This document shows, piece by piece, positions 12,897-24,918 of a stretch of DNA of 64,000 bases. The notes below the pieces were generated by a model that was not told the origin of the DNA, made no database searches, and was given only the letters and a program-made list of their open reading frames with translations. The DNA lies in contig OZ316892.1 in assembly GCA_973895155.1 (NCBI GenBank), forward strand, positions 14,872,861 to 14,936,860, given 5' to 3'. A program made the position numbers and the translations under genes. This DNA comes from Marsupella aquatica. Lineage: Eukaryota > Plantae > Marchantiophyta. Each line of letters opens with the position of its first letter. Position 1 is the stretch's first letter.

Positions 12897-15800
12897 CTAC
12901 CTCCTTCCTGCTTGGGCCTGCCGCATCTTGAACTTGGACATCGGTCTAGACTCTTGAGCTGCTTCTTCAACCTTTGGCTGAACAAAAGGCCAGTCCAGAT
13001 ATTACCTCACTTAGACCTGTACCTTCCAAACTTAGCACAAAAGTCTGTGCAAAAAAGAAAAGCTTGCATTTGGAACGGACTCTCAATGTACACAGTGTGA
13101 CGAGGTCATTCCATCACTCCCCGAACTGTAGTCAAGTGAATTCGTTCTCATGTGATGATTTCCGTGATAAACACAGAGGTTAGATGATTCCCTGTCCCTA
13201 GATTCAGTTGCTCTTCAAAAGTGTTGTATGGTTGAAAATTTAAGTCTACAGGCGGAACCAGTCAATAAATTAAGAATATCACACAGAGAATAAGGGCACG
13301 TGCCCAAACTGGCAAACTGAGAAAAGATCAAGTATTGAATAGGATGACTAATATTTCCTAATCTTCACCTGTTGTTCGCTGGGAATAGCTGGCTCTGCAG
13401 AACTGCGTTCTGTGACTTTTCCAGTAAACGCCTGCAAGAAAATGATTCTGCTGTGAGGAAAGGACCAAAAGATCCACGAAATATCAAGCTTGCTGTAGGA
13501 AAGTAGGTGGAACAATCTCTACAGTGCACCCTTTTTTTGTGTTGTTTATAAATTCTAGGTTTGCACGAAGGTCTGTAAATGTTCAAGACCCGTTAAAAGA
13601 CGTTGACAGTTTCAAGCCTCGAATTGTACATGGTAGATTGTAACTTGCGATTGGAGATGGTAATGACGAGTGCAAGAGCGTAAGAGTGGAGCTGAGAAGG
13701 AAGCAAGACCTTCAGCTGTCCTGCTGCAACGTCACCCGTAGATTGGACGTTGTTGCGGTCACTCGAAGGAGAACCAACGTTCTTCACTTCGTCAGCATGC
13801 TTTCCTGCAAGCAAAAGCCTTTGAAAATGCGGAAGGTACACCTCATCTACACTCATTTACAGCATAGCGCCACCCACGCAAATTCTTCAATCCTCTGAGC
13901 ATATAGATCTCAAATCTTCTCTAATAGCGTGCAAGATTTTAAACAATCAGGTCTGCAACGTCTGGGAGGTGCATTAGACGGAGATCGCTCAAAAGGGTCA
14001 TGGACATTTGGGTCAAAGTCAACAGTGAACAGGAAGATTAAACCAGAGCGACCCTTGAAAGAGCACATACCTTCATGATCGGCCCCTTCTCTTCTCCATT
14101 CTTGAAGTTCCTTCAATGTTCAAAGCCAAAATTCGACAACACCTAGTGAGCATTACCTCTTGTTGCCAAACTGTGGGAAGATGTCCAAACCATAATTCCA
14201 ATAACACTCAGCCAACAAGAATTAAAATCTCAAGAACCCACCAGAGAATACCTCAATCCAAGTCCTGCATTGTTACCTTTAGGAAGTCATTATACCCTTG
14301 CAGGGCTTCTGGTTTCTCCAGTGCTCTGTTGTGGATCTCATGACTGGCCGCAGTTTGAGGTTTATTGTCACTGGGGCTCCCCTGCTGAAACGTAACCCTC
14401 TGTAAGGCATGTTGGTTATCGGATGCTCCCTTCTTTGCATGGGCTTCGCGGGCAAATCTTGATAGTGGCTTCCCCATAAGAGCCTCCTGCTTCTGCTTCT
14501 CTCCATGTCTCCGTGTTTGATAATCATCCTCATCATCAGCTTCAGTTTTTATCTCTTCTTCAGAATTTCTTTGGGTATCTTCAACATACCCACCTTCATC
14601 ATCTGAATTGCTCAATTGGCTGTCTTCGTCCTCGGTTTCTTCACTATCGTAATCTTCCTCCACTAAGTCATTTTCATTCCTGGAAACCTCCCTCCTGCGG
14701 AAATCCGACATGAAAGGCTCAAAAACCCCAGCATTACTGCCATCATCGACTTCTTCCTCACTGTCTTCGTTATCCTCATCTGCAGCTGCCTCTGCCAGTT
14801 CTAACTCTGAAAGCCGAGCCATCAGAAGGTCATGTTCATGGTCTTCATCAGCATTTCCACTGCCGCTACTTGACGTGGAGGCCACGAAATCAGATCGATT
14901 GCCAACTTCGGGAACTGAATTGGTCTCTCTTGAAGCAGCTGGAACAATCAGTTACCAATTATGAGTAAAACCATAATCTAGTTCATTTGCCAAGAAAGGA
15001 GCCATCACTGTGAACAACGCCAGAAAAATCTCGTAATATTAGTATATCGGGACATTTGTTATCTCAGAATCACTCGGGGGCAGCAAAAACTATTACAAAC
15101 AATATTTACATTCCACCAGCCCTACGATTACAATGTTTAAAAGATAACAAACCTGCTGCAGTGATCGTTGACGTAGACGCTTGGTTTAGCTGCAGTTGCC
15201 GAGATCCTAAATACTCCTCTCTGATCTCAACCAGCCCCGCCTGCAAAGTAAAGACTGTTAACATTTTCCTCCCACTCCCTGCTCCACCCTATCTGCATCT
15301 GCTCCACCGCCCACAAAGCCGAAGACTTGTACGAAATTCTAATGGTGATAAAGATGAAGGTCAGAAGTAAAAAGTTAAGCAACAAGCTGCTAAGATTCAG
15401 AAGTGATTATCTCGGCAGAAACTCACTTTAGCGTCTTCGGCTGTATCAGCCACAAATGCGGATTCCGCTTCAAGATCTGCAATTTGAGCTTTGGTGCTTG
15501 AAATCTTTTCGTCTAGAAACTTGCTTCGCCTATCAAGAATTTCCACAGTTTGCCTCGCAGAACGCTCTGCATAATGGTTCTCTCCAAGGAGAACCTGAAC
15601 TATCACCATGAGCCACATACCAGACGCAAGCAATAAGGTGAGCAATGTTATGCAACCAACTACCACCCCTCGTAAGGGATCGAGGAGCCTTTCGTAGACA
15701 ACACCACACCAAAAAACCTTCCGGGTCAATAACGAAGCTTCCGCTCAACTAGCTCTTAATGAATAATATCAATTCCGAGCAAGACTCCGTCAGCAAGCAT

Positions 15801-17133
15801 ATGTAATTGCTTATAGAAGAAAGTCATCTAGAACTACAGTGAGTGGAAGTATCTAAAAAAGCGATGAAAAAGCTTCTACGGGAACACGCAGAAATCTTAT
15901 AGAGGTCTAATCGTGATTGTACAGAGCTATCCTAGAAGTGATTTTTTTCGCCTTCCACTCCAAGGACTATAAAATGGATTGACTGGTTTGAAGAATACCA
16001 GAAACTCATTGGTGTGTTTCAAGCGCCCGGGAAAGAAAGCCGCCTTTCCGAAAGGTACCTGCAATCAAAGAGTCACAGACTATTACAAAGTGCTCTATAG
16101 AAACAACTCTGCTACCTTTCTCAGCACCTATGTCTTCTCCATATTTGATTACTTCAGTTCCTCGGTAATAGAAAGCAATAGTTAACTGTGACGATGATTC
16201 AACGAGCATAAGCTGTTTCCATTAACTTAAACATCGAAACCCTTGTTTCCTACGATGGCCACGTGTACACTTTAAGGGATAGCAATTCTGGATTCTGTCA
16301 GCTAAGCAATAGGCTGTGAGCGTAGTTCAGAAATTCAGTTACTTGTAGAATCAAGTGAGCATGTTTCACACTCTAGCTTGGATCTACAGTGCTCAAAGTG
16401 CGTTTCAGTCTGCTCATGTAAAACCAACTCATAAGATCTTGACTAGAATTCCGTATACAGCTCATTAGGTAGAACCCGTGTAATGAGTTGCTCACGGTTC
16501 AATTTAGCTTGATTGTGTTGATTGTGTCTTGTCTTGTGAGTGGATTGCTGGATTTCCTGATGTATTCATGGGGGCCTCCAAATGCTTCTCTGACAAGAAG
16601 ACACAAAAGAGAAAAGTCTCGTAACCTCATTGGCCAACTTCAGGTTACCACCGACTAGCAATATTAAGCTAAAGCCTATAAAGGGGCAAGTTCGTAAGTT
16701 CCGTGTAAACACTTACGATCCATGAGAAGCTCATGGATCGTAAGTGTCCTGAATGGTAATGTCTCAATACCGAACTAAGACGAAGAGTAAAGAAAGGAAA
16801 TACAGAACTTCTGAACGTTCTCCATGACCGCAATTCCTTTTCCGTTTGGGGAATGAAGACTGAGATGCACAGAGAAAATGAGTATACCATGATTTGGTGA
16901 GAAACAGAGTCGGGGAGCTCGAGGACCAGTTCAGACAGAGATTTGTTCTCCACGGAGAATCGCTGCAATTCTTCGAGCTGCCGTTGCTGCTGAGCGATTG
17001 CTTCTCGCACCCGCTTGGCCGCCCTTTCTGCCTGCTCCACTGAGATGGAATCTGCCAGCGGTCTCAGAACCCCCTTAAAATGTGTTCCTCTTACATTCCC
17101 TCGCTCTGTTTCGTCGTGTTCAGCTGCTTCCAT
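12897..17133 (-). CDS. URI1: Unconventional prefoldin RPB5 interactor-like protein (URI/RMP), ~500 aa, 9 exons
   Basis: Exons 17133-16888, 16058-15999, 15594-15427, 15240-15153, 14938-14277, 14110-14071, 13804-13710, 13431-13369, 12977-12897 (1503 nt, in frame). Alpha-prefoldin motif IMVPFGKAAFFPGRLKHTNEFLVLLGENHYAERS, then GLVEIREEY, an acidic middle, AFTGKVTE and a C-terminal MSKFKM box. The small internal exons are less certain. Confidence 0.88.
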
Positions 17134-17720
17134 TGCTGCAGACCGATTTACAAGACCGCACAATTTCCAACACCTCCAGCAGAGCCACAATATTGGTTAA
17201 GTGCTCAGGCTGAGAGAATTCCCGCAGGGTTACAAAAGGGAACAAAACGAAGGCCTTGTGTTCTGCAAAATAATCACCAAATTGCTTTACAATTTTCGAT
17301 ACATGTCTTTTGTAGTCCGCCTCAAGAACTGCAACTCGTTCGAATCTAGGGGGGCACAATCACCCCTGGATGATCAGTCCGAATCCAGACCAACACACCC
17401 AATACAAACAGACGCCACAGAGTGTTGTGGGCGACTCATTGTGCTGTACTGAAACGAGATTCTTGTTCTTTCGAACGGTGAACATCACGTTACAGCTTTA
17501 GTGGCTCTGTCGTCTGGATATCCTTCTCACCTAAAGCCCTAAACCTCAGGAGGTGGTTTAGTCTCGACAGAGTAAAGGAGACGGACGGTCTCTCTAAACT
17601 ATAACAAGCCTAATACCCCTCCATTTCACAAATTGCAGTACGCATCAACGATGAGTTGGAGGGTGCAATGGTGAATGGTCTAAGGCTGATCAAATGCTGA
17701 AAAAGTACATAAAGTCAGCC

Positions 17721-17970
17721 ACCAGCCATGATTTATTCCCGCCCAGATGACATTTTGTAACGAAATTGGCCAAAGGCTATGATATTAGCAGCCATGATTT
17801 CTTCCCGCCCTGATGACATTTTGTAAAGAGACATTGCACAAGGGGGTGTGTGTGTGTGGGGGGGGGGGGGGGGGGGGGGGGCGTATGATATTAGCAGTCA
17901 TAATTTCTTCCCTCCCAGATGACATTTTGTGAACAGACATTGCTCATAAGGGGGGCCTTTGATATTAGTG
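17721..17970. repeat. Three degenerate ~60-bp repeats interrupted by (GT)n and a G24 homopolymer (17858-17881)
   Basis: Variants of GCCATGATTTxTTCCCGCCCxGATGACATTTTGT at ~17725, ~17791 and ~17897; long G run in between. Confidence 0.8.
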
Positions 17971-19800
17971 CTTGACTTGTCATGGACCTATAGCTTTCAT
18001 GACCTACTCCATAGTGTGAAGCAATAGGATAATTTCTTTGAACGGAGTCGGTTTTGATGTTTAAGGTTATACTTGTGATTAGGGACAGGCATAGGAGTCT
18101 GGGTATGGGAAACCCTTCGTGTGCATAGGCACGGGTATTCCAGCTACTAGTATGCAAGGCTTACAATCAGCCATTTTTAGTCGGAATTGATAAGAATGCA
18201 CACCCTTAATTTGAAAAAGAAGGGGGAACTGCTCTGAGCAAATGGCACAACGGGCTTGCACCCCTTCACTGGGTAGCTTGTGCACCCCTCCCTTTGTGAC
18301 ATTCCATTCACTAATACTGTACACGCCTCTCACATTGTGACATGCCACATGAAATCCACCGTTACTTAATTTGAGTTTTAATGCCATCTCACATATGTGG
18401 GATGGGTGTATATTTGCCAACTCCTTTTATTTACTATCGCAAAAGGAGGTAAACTGGGAAATCTCTGAACTTGCATCATCCATGTGAGCCATTGACATCT
18501 CCAAGATTTAAGGGGCGCTGTTATTTGATGACATCAGACCAGGGAGGTAATTCTGGTCAGAAATACAGATAATTTTTGTTTGTGTTTTTTGGCCACTTTT
18601 CATGATTAACAAAGGCCGCCGCCTTTGACTTCTGAGCTACTTGGAACAAAATGAAGCTCTCAACAATCTTGGGGCAAATTTTTACAAATACATTAACACG
18701 ATGTGGACTGAACTTTTGCACTGTTCTTGGAGGTTGTTCTTTCCTTTTCATTATTAGACTCTTCTCTAAAGTTCTCTTTTAAATCTCACCTAAGGTAACT
18801 GGCCCACCAAGTGAGACTCGGGTGAGGAAAGCCAATGTTGGGCCCATAAATTAAGTGAATAAATCTGATGGTTTCACCTAAGAAGTAAAAAGGAACAGGC
18901 CAAAGGACTCTGCTTGGGTTAGGAAACCCAATGTGGGGGCCCATTAATTTAGTTAAAAAAATCTGATGATCTCAATTTGTAAGATGACCAGTAAGAAAAA
19001 GAGCTAGACTTCTTACTATAGTTGTTGATTCCATGGCAACACTACACTTTTTTGCAGAAATATTTGAATGTACTTTTTGTGTAGGTGCTTGCCCCAAAAT
19101 GGGTTTGGAGGTTTAACAAAGATTTATTATGCAAAGTGACAGAAAATGGGCAATGTGTAGAATAAAAGAGTAGAGAAAAGGATATTTCGTCATAGCAGGA
19201 CTTCACAATCGTAGGTAAGAAGGCAACAAAAGGCTAGCATAACATTAGAAGACGACATTTCTGCATAGCGAATGAAAGTAACCTGAACTGAAAGTGACCT
19301 GAAAGTAACCTGAAAGTAATCAGAGGTGTCCAAAAATACGTCAACTATATGGCAATTGGCCAGAAATGAGCTTCAGCTAAACTATAGACTTCATTCTACT
19401 GTACAAGCGTTCTATAATTACATCAATAGAGGAATGTCGCCACCAATACGTAGTAATTGCCTTCAAATCAGAACTGCAAATTGCAAACTGTCAGTAGTCT
19501 TCATTGTTTGTAAGAACCATCCCATCAAAGGATAAGTACATTTTTGAAATGCTTCATAACTTTTTCTGACTGCTGTATAGCTATCAGGCAATCCAATGTC
19601 CTCTCTCTGGTGGCAGCCGCTAAGAATTATGGTTTTACCTCAAACCATGCAGTGCCAGCATGGTGACATTTGGCAAGATGTCAAGAACCAAACAAAATGA
19701 AAGAAAGCATGTAAATGTTTCAGAAACGATCTGCAGAATACACATCTCACTTTATGAGCTTCCTCGTCAAAACCAGGGATTCTGTTGCTGGTTCTGCCAC

Positions 19801-22800
19801 TCAGGCCACTCCCTCCTCCGTATGAACAGGATCATGATTGTATTTTAGCATTTTTGATTCGGAGAAATTTCCAAAATTGCTCAGATTAGAATATTCTCCT
19901 TGAACCTGGAGGCAAGCAAAGACATCGAGAAACAACAGCGATGAAGAAAAGCCTTTTAACAGCTACCGAACCATTGATCATTTACTAAACTACGCAATAA
20001 ATCCGAGTACTGGACATACCTCCACTCCTAGCAAAGTGAAATGTTATACGAAAGTTACTACCTTCTTTAAGGGCCCTCCAATGATTTGAGGAAGCTTAAG
20101 AGGTTCATCCCTGTTGTAAGTTATTATAACATACATAATAATCTGTGCAAAAAACGATACAAAGTAGATGGCTATGTCAACGAATCACCACATATGTCGC
20201 AATTTTAATTTGATTGCCTTAAAATCCTTAATTGTGATGAGCAAGGAGTAGAGCACACAGTCTTCAGCTCAACAACCGCAAATTTAGCATTGTCTTTGTC
20301 AGTACCATTGGGGTTGCATAAAAACGGCAAACAAGTTACGCTCCACTCCAAGAATTCCTTGTCGGGGGACCTGACCACAACATTGCTGATTAGATCTTTC
20401 AATTTGTACCTTTCTAAATAGCCAACAATTCTGTCTCCCTCTTGCCCACCTCCAGCACGTGGACAAAGACTGTACAACTCAGTGATGACTCAACGTGATG
20501 GAATTGGCATCTCACACTCAAGACTAGCTATGGAGGGTGAGAGTCACCTCAATGTTGAAGCCTGAAACTTTTCTTTAATCTAGCTTACTGTCACTAGCTC
20601 CCGTTAGAACTACTTTCAGCTAATACCATGAATGTGAGCATTCAATAAAACGAAACAGATGGATTATTGTAAACTGGTTTTTGCAAGAATACTAGCTGGT
20701 CACATAGGGATTTCACAAGGATGATGTGATGTGCTTTTCAGTTAGTCAATGGTAAATCAACGAAGCTTATAACGAGTTCAGGTTTATATCCAGTTATATC
20801 CAGCAGGCACTTACACCGCATCCTTGATCAGTGTAAGACCCGCTTTAATCCAGTTCAATCTCAGATGTAATTGCAAGAAAATAATACCATTAGAATATTT
20901 TCATGATAAATCACTAAATGCCAAAGGGTAAAAATGAAGGATAAGGCGGTGCGGCCTTTTCTGGTGAGTGCATGTTTATAGACATGAATGTTTTCTGAGA
21001 GCAAGCTAGTCACTCTGGACCATCATTTATGATATTTGGGTATTACCTTGACACAATGTGGTGTGGCGTGAAACAGACCCCCTGAAAATATCTCTGTAGT
21101 CTCACCCAGTTGAAATGCAAGATGATCAGCATTGTAGACTGTCTGCAACAATATGTTGATGCCAACACTTTAGTCGGGTGTCCAAGGATACAACATATGT
21201 CGCTTGAAGAGATTAACTATAACCGGAAGGCCCTAAAAACTCTCTCAGGGATAGTCATCCAATTGTCATCATCCAACTCAGTGCACCCTACAATTTGTTG
21301 CACATCGTTTTCACGATGGATAAAGTAAACAAATAGTGGATGCTGTCCCAATCCCCGCCCCGTCAAAAGGTACTCCCAGTTTGGGTGTAGGATGAAAGAG
21401 TGGCTCCACACCTTCACCACTTGGCCTTCACGGTTTTCAATATAAAGGCCCGCTTCGGGATCCGGCGAAGGAACTTCCACGCCTCCCTTAGTATACATGG
21501 CACATGTTAGACCTGAGTATGACACAAATGACAATTTGGCGTGACATTTAGAGATGACTCAGGTTTGATTCAATTCTACGGTTAAGTTTTTGGTTGCCAA
21601 CACTCTCGCCAACTCTTATCCAAAGCAAGACATCAACCCACGTACTAGATACCCACTTGCTAGATTTGGCATGGAATACTAACCTACACTCAAAGTCCGT
21701 AATTCGATCCCCAGCTGCCATAACCCAGAAGAAGACACGAGAAGCGGAAACGAGAAACTACCGACAGAGAAGTTCTGGAGCTTCAAACCTCGAGCCTGAA
21801 GTTACTTCCAAGTTAGCCCAAGACCTACACTGGATTTCACAACCCAAGCCTTCGTTCAAAGGATTTGATGTCTTTACTGCAATTAAATATAAAAATTACC
21901 TGTAAGCGATCCAATATCACGATGCCATCCGCACCAACTTGACAAATCCTCATCTCCATGACTAAAGACAATCAGGAAGCTGTTAGTGGTCATGCCCTCA
22001 GGTGCTGATCTGAGAAGGTTAGCAGAAGACGCCGGAAAGCTCTCAATAACTACGTTTCAGAAGATACACTGAATCTTACTTCTTAGACTTTAAATCTGAC
22101 CCAACGTTGAGACGATTACTAGAGCGGTGTTTAAATATAGAAAAATTATGCCTTGCATGGCAAATGCAATGATGGTCATATTTGAGACCTGTCAAAATTT
22201 GGAAAATAATGCAGTAGCCTTCCCTTTGTGGCACTGTGAGCGTCGCAATATCCTCTCTAGGGATTCTACTTCTGCCGTGAGATTCCTTCTGGAAACTGCA
22301 AGACACATTGAATTCCCATTGATTACCAAGTAATGGTAGTGAAACCAACGTACATAGTACTAACGTGAAACGGAAACCCATAACGTATTGTAACAATTAT
22401 TATACGAGGGAACCTAGGACATACTCTTGCTACATACACCCAAAGCGAAATAGCTCAAAAGTGGAAGTTTAAGAAATTACCGAGCTTTCTAGGTATGTGA
22501 CAGAGACCCACCATACTTGTCACAGTGATATGCCAGAAGGAAACCCACTTCGATAATCACTGATCCCAATGCCTTCATAGCTGGAATAATATCTCCGAGT
22601 TGACATGTCATGGAGTAACAAATTATATTTCAGACACAGAAACTGCAGATATCCAAAGCGAGTAACCGCAGTTCATGTTCTAGGATAATTAAGCTGTAAT
22701 TAATAATTTAACTACACTAGTGTAAGATGTAAGAGGGTTTCTGTTAAATCGTACTGGACTCAAGTTCAGGTAGGTGCTCTTTCGGCCACAAATTATTTCT

Positions 22801-24918
22801 GCATTGAGTTGGATACCTGAGAAAAGTTTTCAATAGATTTAGAACCATCACACAAACGCAAGATTTTGATGTACGCTTATTAAAGCAGATAGGAATGTAT
22901 TTGTACAAACCCCTGCCATCTTCAACTGTTTAAGTTGCTTGTGTTGGGCATCAGTAATTCACACTTATGACATGCACGTGAAGTACTTATACCAACTCAT
23001 TGGCGGCGCAAGACCAGAACAGGACGGCTCCTCTGTTTTCCGACATATAGTGAGAACATGTAAATTCCGAAGCTACTATCATGGCCAACAGTGCTTTAAG
23101 CACCTACAGAGGCAAGAATTTACACAACGTACCAACTTCAAAACCTAGAACAAATTCTCATCAATTTCACGATGAATGAGGCCAACCTTTCCATCAGCAT
23201 AGTGCTGGCAGTGCGTATATCCTTGCATATTAGGATGTAGAATGATCCTTTCAGCTGATCTGCAGTTATAACATCAGACGCTAGTGATACATCAATTGAT
23301 GCATCCACTTCTGTGCTTCTACCGGAGGTTACCAAGCACTAACAGGCCAAGAAGGAACAAAGATGAAACAAAAACTATGCAAAACACGAGTGTTTCTGCA
23401 TGGAGTCACGATAAACAAGCTATACCAATAGTTCATTCAATGAATAACTTGATGCCATACACATGCAGAGTCTACGCCGGTAACACTAAGTAAAGACACA
23501 GACATACTAATGCATAACTAATACAATCTAACTCGATAATCTTTCGCAAATGCATGTGAGAGAAATGCAATAAAGAAAAAAATCTGACAACTACAGACTG
23601 GTAGTTTAGTTTGTTGTCTTGCAGTGAGGATTTAGAGTCTTCTACCAAACTCACCAGGTCTTCCTGTCTCGAGCTTTTCTTTTCCATGACTCCATCCAAA
23701 AGAATACCTGCATGATGATCAAAATATCAATGAGAGATGTGAGACTTCTCCACACCTTCCAGAGATGGAAAAAAAAAACTCTTCATAGATTAGACCGATC
23801 TCTCACCTGAAAGATCCGTAAGATGCTACATTAATTACCTGCTCGGGGGATCTTCAAGTTTCTTTCTGACATCTTCTGGAAGGGTCGCAACTCTGCCATA
23901 TATCAAAATTGTCTCAGTACTCCATTTTCCGCGTGCCTAGAGGCCGGAAGGAACAGTTTACAGAGACTCTCAGTATACCGAAAATAAAGAAGGTCCCCAA
24001 AAATTAGGCTGACAACTCGATTGTGCTACTACATAAACAAGAGAACAAAGGCTCTGACTGTAGGACTCGACACAATTCTACTACCGAAATGCGTCTACTA
24101 CCTTTGTGCTAATGGTAGTAGCTTCTTTCGTAGTTGTGGATATCCAGGGACCTGCCCAAGTTTCAATCCACTGTTAAACGGTCACGATATCCTCGCAATT
24201 TGTAAAGAAACTGGGCCGGAAATGCTCATGTTTACACTCATATCTCGAGACGATTGTCTCTAATTAAGTATACATTACACAGAAGACGTTTGCCAACACA
24301 GACATCACTGCAGCAGGCGGGAAGCCTCAAATTAATAACAAATCATGTATACGAGAGGGATAACAAGTACAGTAGAAGAATGTATGTACTTATGGATCTT
24401 TGATTAAACGTCTGACACGCGGATCTCAGACATACAGTGAAGATACATGAGACCATTGTAGCTCCCGCCAATACAGAAAACAAAATCAAGTGCGCAAAAG
24501 TAATTGAATCTGTGCATAGCATATTGTCCAAAAGCATTTGAAAACATATCGAAATCTGGGCATAATCAGATTTCGAGAAGGAAAAAGGAACACACAAGAG
24601 AACGAGCGTAGAACAAGCCAGATCGAGCAGAATTGGAAAGGTGATTACCGTACATTTGTGATGGCAATTATGCCCAGCCCGGATGGTCCAAATCCGGCTT
24701 CCAAACTCGCAGAAAGATCCAAGCTCTCATTCTGCAGCAATTCACAAAACAGGATTCGGAAATGCGAATCTGCTCTAGTCAATACGGACACAGAATCGGC
24801 AATTCAGGCGAGTAAGAAATCACGAGACGAGTCCGAGCATTGCCTTGAGGTCGGCGTGACTGAGCGTGACAACAGTCTCAGAGCACTGCACAGTTTGCCT
24901 TGAACCAATTTCTGTCAT
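19801..24918 (-). pseudogene. 2-oxoglutarate/Fe(II)-dependent dioxygenase (isopenicillin-N-synthase-like; At4g13400/At3g63290-type), 15 exons, one +1 frameshift: pseudogene, loss-of-function allele or assembly error
   Basis: Exons 24918-24844, 24731-24654, 24151-24102, 23892-23839, 23707-23655, 23259-23187, 22816-22755, 22580-22512, 22295-22189, 21961-21900, 21512-21412, 21142-21047, 20370-20306, 20110-20062, 19905-19801 total 1099 nt (3n+1). Motifs: EAGFGPSGLGII, YSFGWSHGKEKLE, CHKG/RLLHYFP, WCGWHRD, ATPHCV, FAVFMQPQW. The extra base lies in or next to the G run at 22222-22224. Confidence 0.88.

Noticed and set aside
22218-22230. Programmed ribosomal frameshift at A-AAG-GGA in the dioxygenase
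   Set aside because: A +1 shift is needed, the heptamer is not a canonical slippery site, and no stimulatory structure was seen. Mutation or assembly error is simpler.
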